Below, one piece after another: positions 1 to 9,253 of a DNA stretch of 43,300 bases. The first letter of the stretch is position 1, and each line of letters begins with the position of its first letter. Location of the stretch: assembly GCA_018656655.1 (NCBI GenBank), contig JABHYW010000007.1, forward strand, positions 1 through 43,300. The letters are read 5' to 3'. The DNA is from Candidatus Komeilibacteria bacterium. GTDB lineage: Bacteria > Patescibacteriota > Patescibacteriia > UBA1558 > GWA2-36-10. Both the position numbers and the translations under genes were made by a program. The notes beneath the pieces were generated by a model, which made no database searches, was not told the DNA's origin, and saw only the letters and a program-made list of their open reading frames with translations.

Positions 1-122
1 ACCACTTGTTGATAAATATAAAGTGTTATATCTAAAAAAACTAAAGGTACTATCATAGCCCATATAAATGGCATAGATAACATATGCCTTATTCTTTTGT
101 TTGACTCATTTAAATATTCCAT
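1..122 (-). CDS. partial ORF (N-terminal 40 codons, runs off the window), putative membrane protein
   Basis: Hand translation from the ATG at 122 gives MEYLNESNKRIRHMLSMPFIWAMIVPLVFLDITLYIYQQV with no stop up to the window edge. The segment is hydrophobic. No clear SD. Confidence 0.3.
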   Translation of the reverse strand, partial: MEYLNESNKRIRHMLSMPFIWAMIVPLVFLDITLYIYQQV

Positions 123-201
123 TGTTTATAATAAATTAATATAAAAGCCAATACATTATAACACACTAATAAAAATTATACCTATTGTTCCACGCATAAA
201 A

Positions 202-795
202 TTATTTCTTAATTGCTAAGATAATTGTCCAAGGAAAAGAAATTCTAACTTCAATAATATCAAAATATTGAGTGACCAATTTTGTTATTCCTCTTTTCCC
301 CCAAAAATTTACATGTTCTGGATCTTTGCCCCACAATTTTATATTACTACCTCTCAAAAGATTACCCCAAGTAAAAAACGGTTCTAATGGTACTGAAATA
401 AGACAATATTTTTTGGTTAATCTAGAATATTCAACCAAGGCTTTTTGTGGTGATTCAATGTGTTCTAAAACTTCCAAACTAATAATTAAATCATATTCTT
501 TATCTTTTAATTTTGTGTCCGTAGCACTAGCTTGAAAAAAATTATTATCTGGTAAGATACTCTTGGCTACCTGTAAACTTTCTGGAGATATATCCAATCC
601 ATCTATCTGCCAATCATTTCTAATTTTATGCAATCTACGCATAACCATAGCCTCTCCACAACCAATATCCAAAACCTTAGACACTCCTTGCAAAGAGTTG
701 CTTATATTTTCTATCGTGGACAAAAATTTATTAATTAAAATCCTTTTAGCTATATTTTTAGTATGATATTTTTGAAAATTTCTAGAATCGCACAT
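202..795 (-). CDS. class I SAM-dependent methyltransferase
   Basis: SAM-binding motif I VLDIGCGEA; acidic post-I LDIS; LISLEVLEHI motif. Tightly packed behind the upstream gene (stop at 800). Confidence 0.8.
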   Translation of the reverse strand: MCDSRNFQKYHTKNIAKRILINKFLSTIENISNSLQGVSKVLDIGCGEAMVMRRLHKIRNDWQIDGLDISPESLQVAKSILPDNNFFQASATDTKLKDKEYDLIISLEVLEHIESPQKALVEYSRLTKKYCLISVPLEPFFTWGNLLRGSNIKLWGKDPEHVNFWGKRGITKLVTQYFDIIEVRISFPWTIILAIKK

Positions 796-799
796 AAGA

Positions 800-1561
800 T
801 TATTTTCTTAATAAATAAATTAGCTCTTTTTTGGGTAAAGCTAAATATTTTTTCCTATTATCGCTCAAAAGAGTTAGATAATCAATAGCATCTACCTTGA
901 AGCCTGCCTGCTCTAAACGATCTTTGTAGTCCAAGCCATACAAACGTAAATGATCATGCTGACCAAAATATTTTTCCCTATCTTTAGGACTAGTAATATT
1001 TTTATCTTCAAAAGTCTTAATTCTAGAAAAGTCCATAGGTACCTGAACTATAGCCCAAGCATTTGGCTTAAGTACCCGCCATATTTCTTGCATAGCTTTC
1101 TTGTCATCATCTATATGTTCTAAAACATGATTACAGATTAAGACATCAAATTCATTATCATCAAATGGTAAGTTTTTTATATCTGCTTTTACTTGAGCCA
1201 ATGGGGATTCTAAGTCACTGGTTACATAATCTACATTGTTCATTTTTTTTATCTTCTTATAAAAAGCTTGCTCTGGTGCTATGTGTAATAATCTTATATT
1301 ATCTTTAAAAAAATTTGTTTTATCTTTAAAAAATAACCATAACAAACGATGTCTTTCTAAAGACAAACAGCCTGGACAGAGGACATTTTTACGAATTGGT
1401 CGTCCATAATCAAAAAACTTCCAAAAAGATTTTTGGCAAATTGGGCAATAAAATTTATGTCCATAAAAAAATATACTAAAAATTTTAACAAATAAAAAAC
1501 TCAAAATAATTAAATATTTACGAGGAATTTTGTTTATTAAAAATAGTTTAGCACTTTTCAT
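800..1561 (-). CDS. SAM-dependent methyltransferase with N-terminal TM helix and CxxC...CxxC zinc ribbon
   Basis: CPICQ...CPGC pair, then VLICNHVLEHIDDD and WRVLKPNAWAIV (Methyltransf_11-like). Confidence 0.75.
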   Translation of the reverse strand: MKSAKLFLINKIPRKYLIILSFLFVKIFSIFFYGHKFYCPICQKSFWKFFDYGRPIRKNVLCPGCLSLERHRLLWLFFKDKTNFFKDNIRLLHIAPEQAFYKKIKKMNNVDYVTSDLESPLAQVKADIKNLPFDDNEFDVLICNHVLEHIDDDKKAMQEIWRVLKPNAWAIVQVPMDFSRIKTFEDKNITSPKDREKYFGQHDHLRLYGLDYKDRLEQAGFKVDAIDYLTLLSDNRKKYLALPKKELIYLLRK

Positions 1562-1566
1562 TCAAA

Positions 1567-2916
1567 TTATTTTAAAGGCATAATAAGATTAGCCAAAAAA
1601 GGAAATTCTAAAGTTTTTGCTGAGCTATCAGATAACTCAAGTAAAACAAAATTACTCCAAGGATTTATTAGACCTACAATTGAAATAATAGTAGAAAAAA
1701 ATAAGACTATTAAAAAAGATATTTTAAAAGATATTTTGATAGGCTGACTAAAAATGTTAATTAAAAATATATAAAGAAGTGGGGTTATAGCTATTAACCA
1801 TCGAAAACCAAAAGCTGTTCCTGTATATATAGAGATTTTAAAAGTATAAAAAGCTAACAAGGATAAAAAAGCAAATAAAACAATAATGGCTTCTTTTCTA
1901 AAAGATGACTTATTCTTAAAAACTTTCCAAAAGCCATAACATGAAAAAATTAAAATAGGCGAATAAGAAAAAAGACCATGTGTGCCTATCAAAATATTTA
2001 TAATATAAAATAAAGGATTTTTTCTAGTGTTAAAGGCTACTTTAGTGATTATCTGTTTTTTTCCACCTAAAAAATTGATTACATTATTATTACCATCCCA
2101 ATATTCTGGTAAAAATTGCGGTGGTAAAAAAGTACCTACTATTTGATAATTTAAAAATAAATGTAAAGCTAAGAATGGAATTGCCCCTAAAATATAAAAA
2201 TATAATTGTCTTTTAGGAAAATTAAAAAAAATATAAATAAAAAATAAAACTAGAAATAATAAGCCAGTAGGCAAATCTAAAACCGCAGCTATAGACGCAA
2301 AAAGACCCATCAGAAATAAGCCTTTTTTATAATTTTTTAATACTTTTAATTTTAATTTCAATAAATAATAGAAAGAGGCTAACAAGAAAGCACCTGCTAT
2401 AGTATGATTATTTAAAGTAGTAGCATATGGCAAATACAAAGTACCCAAACCAAAACCTAAAAGTAACCAACTTTGATATTTCTTTTTTATATTTAATAAT
2501 TGAAAAATTTTATAAAATAAAAATAAAATCCACAGATAACTAAGACCACTAAGAATAATAGTAATGATATAAACTGACATATCTACTTCTGAAAATTTCA
2601 TCTGTAAGTCAAAAGCGAAAAAATTATGCAGCACATAATAAATTCCTGCTCCTGCCAATGATAAAACTGGCGGCTTGGAAGAATAATAATGTTCTTGGCG
2701 GAAAATTTTATCATTGGTAACACTATGATAATCATCTATTGCAAAAGTTTGATGCTCCACCAAAGCCTTCATGGTTGCAAAACGTGAAGAAACATTAACA
2801 CTAGCTAAATAAAATTGAGTACTCACAAAAATAAATACAGCAAAAAGAAAAAAAGCTAACACTATATGACGCTTATACTTATCTTCTTTTAAACTACTAA
2901 AAAAATCTCTGATCAT
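1567..2916 (-). CDS. polytopic GT-C type glycosyltransferase (GT39/PMT/ArnT-like)
   Basis: 449 aa, many TM helices. N-terminal loop has D-rich FAIDDY...YYSSKPPVLS as in PMT_2/ArnT-like enzymes. ATGA overlap with the upstream GT2 gene. Confidence 0.7.
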   Translation of the reverse strand: MIRDFFSSLKEDKYKRHIVLAFFLFAVFIFVSTQFYLASVNVSSRFATMKALVEHQTFAIDDYHSVTNDKIFRQEHYYSSKPPVLSLAGAGIYYVLHNFFAFDLQMKFSEVDMSVYIITIILSGLSYLWILFLFYKIFQLLNIKKKYQSWLLLGFGLGTLYLPYATTLNNHTIAGAFLLASFYYLLKLKLKVLKNYKKGLFLMGLFASIAAVLDLPTGLLFLVLFFIYIFFNFPKRQLYFYILGAIPFLALHLFLNYQIVGTFLPPQFLPEYWDGNNNVINFLGGKKQIITKVAFNTRKNPLFYIINILIGTHGLFSYSPILIFSCYGFWKVFKNKSSFRKEAIIVLFAFLSLLAFYTFKISIYTGTAFGFRWLIAITPLLYIFLINIFSQPIKISFKISFLIVLFFSTIISIVGLINPWSNFVLLELSDSSAKTLEFPFLANLIMPLK

Positions 2917-3842
2917 TGTTTTTTTATATATTTGTCTTTATCTTTTGAAATATCCTTTCTAACAATAAGCTCTCCTAAAAACCCCATTGATACTAATTGG
3001 ATTCCTATAATCATAAGAAGTACTCCCAAAAATAATAATGGTCTATTGCCAATAGCTTGTCCAGTAAACCAAATAATTGTGAGGTATAAAGATATGAGTA
3101 ATCCAATCCCAAAAGAAATTAGCCCCACATTACCAAAAAAATGAGCTGGCTTTCTTTGATATTTGGTCAAGAAAACTACATTAATAGGATCCAAAATATA
3201 ATTACTCAATCTCTTTAGTCCAGAGCGTCCATATTTTGATTCTCCAAACTGTCGGGTATTATGTTTTACTTTTAGCTCTCCTACTTTAAATCCTTGTTGA
3301 TAAGCTAGAAAAGGCAAAAATCTATGGAGCTCTCCATAGACTTCTATACTCTTTACTACTTCTTGTTTATAAATTTTGAAACCACAATTGAAATCATGAA
3401 TTTTTAATCCAGAAAGTAATGAAACTGTAAAATTAAAAATTTTAGAAGACAATATTTTTACAAAAGGATCCTTTCTTTTATATTTCCAACCTGAAATAAG
3501 ATCATAGCCACTATTTATTTTTTCAATAAGCCTTGGTATTTCACCTGGATCATCTTGTAGGTCTGCATCCATGGTAACAACTAAATCTCCCAGGACTTGC
3601 TCAAAGCCTACAGCCAAAGCGATAGACTTACCAAAATTTCTCTTAAGCTCTATAATACGCAAATGCTCATCTTGAGCAGACAAAGTTCTTAATATTTTTA
3701 CTGAAGTGTCTCTAGAACCATCATCGATATATAAAATTTCATAATTGATTTTTAATTTAACTAAAACTTCTTTTAATCTTTTATTCAATTCTCCAATTGA
3801 CTCCTCTTCATTGTACAAAGGAATAATGATGCTTAGATTCAT
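2913..3842 (-). CDS. GT2 polyprenyl-phosphate glycosyltransferase (DPM1/ArnC-like)
   Basis: SIIIPLYNEE, YIDDGSRD and DADLQDDP motifs, plus two C-terminal TM helices. Confidence 0.85.
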   Translation of the reverse strand: MNLSIIIPLYNEEESIGELNKRLKEVLVKLKINYEILYIDDGSRDTSVKILRTLSAQDEHLRIIELKRNFGKSIALAVGFEQVLGDLVVTMDADLQDDPGEIPRLIEKINSGYDLISGWKYKRKDPFVKILSSKIFNFTVSLLSGLKIHDFNCGFKIYKQEVVKSIEVYGELHRFLPFLAYQQGFKVGELKVKHNTRQFGESKYGRSGLKRLSNYILDPINVVFLTKYQRKPAHFFGNVGLISFGIGLLISLYLTIIWFTGQAIGNRPLLFLGVLLMIIGIQLVSMGFLGELIVRKDISKDKDKYIKKQ

Positions 3843-3939
3843 AGGTTAAAATTATTAAATACCCCAATAAAATAAGGTTAAAATTTTACTAATGTATGTT
3901 CAAATAAGTATATATACTATACCTCTTTTTTACTTATTA

Positions 3940-3968
3940 TTCAATAAAAAACCAAAATCTGGTATAAT
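3940..3968 (+). promoter_or_regulatory. sigma70-like promoter TTCAAT-17-TATAAT with TG extension
   Basis: ttcaat at 3940-3945; tggtataat with tataat at 3963-3968; 25 nt upstream of the ATG at 3994. Confidence 0.4.
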
Positions 3969-3993
3969 ACAAATATAAATAGTAAACAATACT

Positions 3994-4737
3994 ATGGAAG
4001 AAACAAATATCGTAAATGAAAATTTACAAACCCCTCCTAATAATCAAGACCCTACTACAATTGATCCTAATTTTGCTAATCCGACACCTCCATCTGATAC
4101 GCCAGTCAATCAAATAGCTAATCAAGATTTACCACCCGAAGCAGCTAATCAAATAAATCCTGCAAATGATGTTCGACAGGATCAGACGGCTATCTTTGGT
4201 AAAAGTGAATTATTGAATGCCAATGATATATTAAGTAAAATATTGGCTATTAAAGTTGGGAATAGAGTGGCTGATTTAGGAACTGGCGGTGGCATGTTTA
4301 CATTGCAAGCAGCTAGATTAGTAGGTGATCAAGGAGAGGTTTATGCTGTAGATATTATAAAACCTATTCTTAGTGATATAGAATCTAAAGCTCGGATGGC
4401 TAATCTATACAATATCAAAACTGTTTGGAGTAATATTGAAATATTAGGTGCTACCAAAATACCAGAGGCTACTTTAGATTTTGTCTTATTAATAAATACA
4501 CTATTCCAATCAAAAGAAACTGACAAAATGATTGCCGAAGGAGCCAGGCTCTTAAAAAGTGGAGGTAAAATGTTAATAATTGATTGGAGTGATACTAGTA
4601 CTGGCCTAGGTCCACACAGCGATCGACAAGTAGACCCAAATAATCTAATCGATCAAGCTCAAAAAACAAACCTAGTATTGGAGCAACAATTTAAGGCCGG
4701 ACAATATCACTTTGGCATGATATTCATAAAACAATAA
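3994..4737 (+). CDS. SAM-dependent methyltransferase with a ~70 aa P/N/Q-rich low-complexity N-terminus
   Basis: VADLGTGGGMF motif I, VYAVDI, LKSGGKMLIIDW. The N-terminus is compositionally biased. Confidence 0.7.
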   Translation: MEETNIVNENLQTPPNNQDPTTIDPNFANPTPPSDTPVNQIANQDLPPEAANQINPANDVRQDQTAIFGKSELLNANDILSKILAIKVGNRVADLGTGGGMFTLQAARLVGDQGEVYAVDIIKPILSDIESKARMANLYNIKTVWSNIEILGATKIPEATLDFVLLINTLFQSKETDKMIAEGARLLKSGGKMLIIDWSDTSTGLGPHSDRQVDPNNLIDQAQKTNLVLEQQFKAGQYHFGMIFIKQ

Positions 4738-4750
4738 ACTTATTTAAAAA

Positions 4751-4778
4751 AACAACCCTTGACTAGGGCTGTTTTTTT
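4751..4778 (+). terminator. intrinsic terminator
   Basis: aacaaccct/agggctgtt stem (one mismatch) followed by a T7 run. Confidence 0.6.
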
Positions 4779-4808
4779 ATCTAACATATAAGTAATTAAA
4801 ATAATCAC

Positions 4809-5213
4809 ATGAATTTAGAAAAACTTTTTGACCTAGCTTATATGTTCAATCGCTTTCCTCCGGCTGGCTTTTCCTGGCCAATTAGAATAGCACTACTTTT
4901 AATATTTGTAGGTTCTATTATATTAGCTCTATACGCTCAAAAAAAGATAAACGAAAAAGGGCTAAGTAAAAAACTATGGCAGAAAATACAAGTTTGGGGC
5001 TGGACCAATGGTTTAGTAGGTCTATTATTTGTATTTTTTAGAGAGGTTAAGACAATATATCTTGGTTCTCGTGGCTGGCTCTTAATTTTTATTATCATAA
5101 TGTTAATTTGGTTAGCTTTTATTATTAAATTTGCTAAAACAAAAATACCCAATAAAGAAGCTCAGGATAAAAAAAAGCAGGAGTTTGATAAATGGTTACC
5201 AAAAAGAAAATAA
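4809..5213 (+). CDS. hypothetical membrane protein (3 TM) with a basic tail
   Basis: Only long ORF here. Hydrophobic segments, K-rich C-terminus. No recognised family. Confidence 0.5.
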   Translation: MNLEKLFDLAYMFNRFPPAGFSWPIRIALLLIFVGSIILALYAQKKINEKGLSKKLWQKIQVWGWTNGLVGLLFVFFREVKTIYLGSRGWLLIFIIIMLIWLAFIIKFAKTKIPNKEAQDKKKQEFDKWLPKRK

Positions 5214-5237
5214 TTATTTAATATTACATTTTCTAAT

Positions 5238-5263
5238 AAAAACAGGTCTTAAAATCTGTTTTT
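5238..5263 (+). terminator. hairpin plus T-run abutting the yraN start codon
   Basis: aaaaacag/ctgttttt stem. The T-run ends one base before the ATG at 5264. Confidence 0.4.
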
Positions 5264-5608
5264 ATGTTAAACAAAAAATCACTAGGCCAATATGGGGAGC
5301 GAATAGCCTTAAGTTATTATCAAAAACTAGGTTATAAATTAATTACCCAAAATTATTATAGTCGTTACGGTGAGCTTGATCTAGTCCTAAAAAAAGATAA
5401 CAAAATTACTGTAGTAGAGGTCAAAACTAGATACGGTCCGCAATTTTATTGGCCTGAAGAAAGTATTAGTAACAAAAAAATAAACAATATCTATATAACT
5501 TATCAGCTATTAGCCAGGCAGGAGAAACTATCTGAGTTTTTTTATCTAGATGCTTTTATTATTGAAATCAATGGCTCTAAAGCTAAAATTAGACGCTATC
5601 AAATATAA
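5264..5608 (+). CDS. yraN: YraN/UPF0102 family endonuclease-like protein
   Basis: GERIALSYYQKLGYKLITQNYYSRYGELDLV...VVEVKTR is the family signature. Confidence 0.8.
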   Translation: MLNKKSLGQYGERIALSYYQKLGYKLITQNYYSRYGELDLVLKKDNKITVVEVKTRYGPQFYWPEESISNKKINNIYITYQLLARQEKLSEFFYLDAFIIEINGSKAKIRRYQI

Positions 5609-5610
5609 TA

Positions 5611-5639
5611 TTGACTAAATATATAAAAAGGAGTATTAT
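5611..5639 (+). promoter_or_regulatory. sigma70-like promoter TTGACT-17-TATTAT
   Basis: ttgact at 5611-5616; tattat at 5634-5639. Confidence 0.4.
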
Positions 5640-5654
5640 TATATATGTTAAGGT

Positions 5655-5684
5655 CAGTTTACTATAGTAGACTGGCTCTTTTTT
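5655..5684 (+). terminator. hairpin plus T-run in the nusA leader (terminator/attenuator)
   Basis: cagtttac/gtagactg 8-bp stem (one G-U), tata loop, then gctctttttt. Confidence 0.5.
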
Positions 5685-5784
5685 ATAAGCGACGTAAGGT
5701 GAGTGAAATATAATATAAATTTATATTTCTGAACCGAGGAGCTTATATAATTATATATAAGATAAATAACTAAAAAAAAGAACT

Positions 5785-7182
5785 ATGGCAACAAACGATA
5801 TAGCAGCAGCTATAAAACAAATTGCCGACGAAAAAAACTTATCTATGGAGGCTATTATCGGAGCTATAGAAGCAGCTCTGGCCGCAGCTTTCCGTAAAGA
5901 GTTTGGCAATAAAAACCAAAACATCAAGGCAGTTTTTAACGCTGACAATGGTCAGACGGCTATTTTTGATGTAAAAACTGTAGTCGATGACGTAGATTTA
6001 GAAGAGGAAGAAAAACTAGTCGAAAAACAAAAGGAGAAAAAAGAGGCTGGTGATGAAATCCCTGAAGATGAGCTAATTAAAAGATTTAATTCCCGCTCAG
6101 AAATTATGCTGACCGAAGCTAATCAAGATGGTGGTGATTATAAAATTGGCGATATCATAGAAACTAAATTAGAAGTACCTGAGGAATATGGACGCATGGC
6201 TGCTCAGACTGCTAAGCAAGTAATTGTTCAGCGCTTACGTGAAGCTGAACGTGAGCATATCTTCAATGAATACAAAGATAAGGAAGGTGAATTAGTATTG
6301 GGCACAATTCAAAGAAAAGAGGGTAGAAGATTTATCGTTGATTTAGGTAAGGCTAATGCAATTCTACCAATTGAAGAACAAATTAGAACTGAACGATATA
6401 ATATTGGAGCTCGACTGAATTTTTACATCGTAGAAGTACGTGTAGGAAATAAAGGCCCAGAAATTGTATTGTCTCGTACTCATCCAGATATCGTCCATGA
6501 ACTTTTTGCTACTGAAGTTCCTGAAATTGCCGCTGGTACAGTAGAAATTAAATCTATTGCTCGTGAAGCAGGCTCTAGATCAAAGATAGCTGTAATCGCT
6601 ACTGAAGAAAATATTGACCCAGTTGGTTCTTGCGTAGGTCAACGTGGCTCTAGAGTTCAAACTGTTATTAATGAATTAGGTGGAGAAAAAATTGATATTA
6701 TAGAATGGGATGAAGATGAAAAAATGTTCATCGCCAATTCTCTTTCCCCGGCCGAAATAGAAAATATTGATACTAATAAAGAAGAACAAACTGCTTCTGT
6801 GAAAGTAGTTGATGACCAACTATCATTAGCTATTGGTCGTGGTGGTCAAAATGTAAGATTAGCTGCTAAATTGACTGGCTGGAAAATAGACATTATTTCT
6901 TCTGAAACTGGTGATAAAATTTCTGGTGATAAAAAAGACGTGTCGTCCGAAGCTTCAGCGAAGGATGAAGATGAAAAACCTAAGGATAAAAACAGTAAAG
7001 AAGAAGTAAAAGAAGAAAAGAAAGATACTAAAAAAGAAGATAAAGAAGATAAAAAGGAAAAACCGAAAAAAAAAGTTGCTAAGTCTAAAAAAGAAGATGA
7101 GGATGTTAAGGAAACTAAGCCAAAGAAAAAGGCTAGTAAAAAAACTTCTAAGGCTACTAAAAAAGACAAAGATATTAAATAA
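5785..7182 (+). CDS. nusA: transcription termination/antitermination factor NusA with a K/E-rich C-terminal tail
   Basis: NTD, S1 (GTIQRKEGRRFIVDLG) and two KH domains (VGSCVGQRGSRVQTV, AIGRGGQNVRLAAKLTGWKIDI). The last ~90 aa are lysine/glutamate low complexity. Confidence 0.95.
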   Translation: MATNDIAAAIKQIADEKNLSMEAIIGAIEAALAAAFRKEFGNKNQNIKAVFNADNGQTAIFDVKTVVDDVDLEEEEKLVEKQKEKKEAGDEIPEDELIKRFNSRSEIMLTEANQDGGDYKIGDIIETKLEVPEEYGRMAAQTAKQVIVQRLREAEREHIFNEYKDKEGELVLGTIQRKEGRRFIVDLGKANAILPIEEQIRTERYNIGARLNFYIVEVRVGNKGPEIVLSRTHPDIVHELFATEVPEIAAGTVEIKSIAREAGSRSKIAVIATEENIDPVGSCVGQRGSRVQTVINELGGEKIDIIEWDEDEKMFIANSLSPAEIENIDTNKEEQTASVKVVDDQLSLAIGRGGQNVRLAAKLTGWKIDIISSETGDKISGDKKDVSSEASAKDEDEKPKDKNSKEEVKEEKKDTKKEDKEDKKEKPKKKVAKSKKEDEDVKETKPKKKASKKTSKATKKDKDIK

Positions 7183-7208
7183 TTTTTATATTAATAAATT
7201 AGAACATT

Positions 7209-9248
7209 ATGAACAATGTAATTCTTTTGGCTATTATAGCCAGTGTAGTATCTATCGTATTCGGTATGCTACTAATCAAAAAAATCTTAAAAAACCCTGC
7301 TGGAGACGATAAAATGAAGGAAATTGCTAAGGCCATTCAAATAGGTGCCAAAGCTTACCTTAGTCGTCAATATAAAACTATTGCTTATTTAGCAGGAGCT
7401 TTATTTATAATCCTAGGCTTTGCTACTGACTGGAGCACAGCCCTAGCATTTTTAGTAGGAGCTGTTCTATCAGCTGCGGCTGGTATTATTGGTATGAATA
7501 TTTCTGTTCGTACTAATGTCCGTACTGCTGAAGCTGCTCGCCAAGGCATCCAACCAGCTATGAACCTAGCTGTTCTAGGTGGAGCTGTAACGGGTATGCT
7601 GGTAGTTGGCTTAGCTCTATTAGGAGTAGCCCTTATGTTTACTTTACCATTTATAGAAGTTCATCACTTAATAGGACTTGGTTTTGGTGGTAGTTTAATT
7701 TCAGTTTTTGCTAGACTAGGTGGCGGTATTTTTACCAAAGCAGCTGACGTAGGCGCTGACCTAGTTGGTAAAGTGGAGGCTGGTATTCCGGAAGATGATC
7801 CAAGAAACCCAGCTGTTATTGCTGACAATGTAGGTGACAATGTAGGTGATTGTGCTGGTATGGCCGCTGACTTATTTGAAACATATGCTGTTACTTTAGT
7901 AGCTACAATGTTATTAGGATCACTTACGTTTACTGCTAATGAAAATGCAGTATTATATCCTTTAGCTCTAGGAGCCATCGCTATTCCATCTTCTATTATT
8001 GGCTTATTCTTTATTAGATTAGCTAAAAATAAAAGTGTAGAAGAAATTGAAAAGAAAGACCTCATTATGAAGGCTCTATATAAAGGCTTGATTGCTGCTG
8101 GTGTTTTAACTGCTATTGGCTTTTACTTTGTAACCAAGCATATGATGGCTGATCTAGTATCTAGAAGTTATATGGACATTTATTATGCTTCTTTGGTTGG
8201 TCTAGTGGTAACTGCTTTTATTGTTTGGCTTACAGAATATTATACTTCTACAAAATACAAGCCTGTGCAATCAATTGCCAAGGCTTCTGAAACTGGTCAT
8301 GGCACAAATGTTATTCAAGGTTTAGCTATTTCTATGAAAGCTACTGCCTGGCCAGTATTAGTAATTGTGGCTGGTATTATAGCTGCTTATAGTTTTGCTG
8401 GATTATATGGAATTGCTATCGCTGCTATGGCCATGCTTTCTCTAGCTGGTATTATTGTAACTATTGATGCCTATGGTCCAATTACAGATAATGCTGGTGG
8501 TATTGCTGAAATGGCTAAAATGCCAGAAGAGGTTAGAAAAATTACTGATCCTTTAGATGCTGTTGGTAATACAACCAAGGCTGTTACTAAAGGTTATGCC
8601 ATTGCCTCAGCTGGCTTAGCTGCCTTAGTTTTATTTGCAGCCTATACGCAAGATTTAGCTAAACATAATATTAATCTTGAATTTGCATTAGACAATCCTT
8701 ATGTATTAGCTGGATTATTTATTGGTGGTTTATTACCTTATATCTTTAGCGCTATGTCAATGGAAGCTGTTGGTAAAACTGCTGGTTTTATTGTTAAAGA
8801 AGTTCGTCGACAATTTAAAGAACATCCTGGTATTATGGATGGTAGCGAAAAACCAAACTATACTTCTGCAGTCGACATTGTAACCAAAGGAGCTTTAAAA
8901 CAAATGATAGTGCCTGCTCTTATCCCAGTATTAGTCCCAATCCTTATTGTCTTAATTTTTAGAGGAGACAATGGTTGGTTAGTACTTGGTGGTACCTTAG
9001 TAGGTAGTATTGTAACTGGAATATTTCTTGCCTTATCTATGACTTCAGGTGGTGGAGCTTGGGATAATGCTAAAAAATATATTGAAAGTGGTAATCATGG
9101 CGGTAAGGGCTCTGAAGCTCATAAAGCTGCTGTGACTGGTGATACAGTTGGTGATCCTTATAAAGATACAGCTGGTCCTGCTATCAATCCAATGATTAAA
9201 ATTTTAAATGTTGTAGCACTATTACTGGTTGCTATATTAATAGCCTAA
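7209..9248 (+). CDS. hppA: membrane-bound proton-translocating pyrophosphatase (K+-independent type)
   Basis: [58 protein letters not shown]; 679 aa polytopic. Confidence 0.95.
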   Translation: MNNVILLAIIASVVSIVFGMLLIKKILKNPAGDDKMKEIAKAIQIGAKAYLSRQYKTIAYLAGALFIILGFATDWSTALAFLVGAVLSAAAGIIGMNISVRTNVRTAEAARQGIQPAMNLAVLGGAVTGMLVVGLALLGVALMFTLPFIEVHHLIGLGFGGSLISVFARLGGGIFTKAADVGADLVGKVEAGIPEDDPRNPAVIADNVGDNVGDCAGMAADLFETYAVTLVATMLLGSLTFTANENAVLYPLALGAIAIPSSIIGLFFIRLAKNKSVEEIEKKDLIMKALYKGLIAAGVLTAIGFYFVTKHMMADLVSRSYMDIYYASLVGLVVTAFIVWLTEYYTSTKYKPVQSIAKASETGHGTNVIQGLAISMKATAWPVLVIVAGIIAAYSFAGLYGIAIAAMAMLSLAGIIVTIDAYGPITDNAGGIAEMAKMPEEVRKITDPLDAVGNTTKAVTKGYAIASAGLAALVLFAAYTQDLAKHNINLEFALDNPYVLAGLFIGGLLPYIFSAMSMEAVGKTAGFIVKEVRRQFKEHPGIMDGSEKPNYTSAVDIVTKGALKQMIVPALIPVLVPILIVLIFRGDNGWLVLGGTLVGSIVTGIFLALSMTSGGGAWDNAKKYIESGNHGGKGSEAHKAAVTGDTVGDPYKDTAGPAINPMIKILNVVALLLVAILIA

Positions 9249-9253
9249 ATATT

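Noticed and set aside
272-766. ORF-track entries 272..535(+) and 563..766(+)
   Set aside because: They lie fully inside and antisense to the methyltransferase gene 202..795, which has clear SAM-binding motifs. They look like shadow ORFs with no motifs or signals.
2932-5337. ORFs 2932..3144(+), 4341..4526(-), 4937..5152(-), 5131..5337(+)
   Set aside because: They are antisense to, or overlap, better-supported genes (GT2, methyltransferase, membrane protein, yraN). Composition is low-complexity and there are no start signals.
5645-5713. 22-codon leader ORF MLRSVYYSRLALFYKRRKVSEI upstream of nusA
   Set aside because: The aaaggag motif lies 12 nt from the ATG, which is long spacing, and I can show no conservation. 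The hairpin/terminator reading explains the sequence without it.
5751-8065. ORFs 5751..5948(-), 6846..7169(-), 7076..7312(+), 7664..8065(-)
   Set aside because: These are shadows of nusA and hppA. The 6846..7169 ORF is the complement of the K/E-rich nusA tail, which gives an F/S/L-rich translation.
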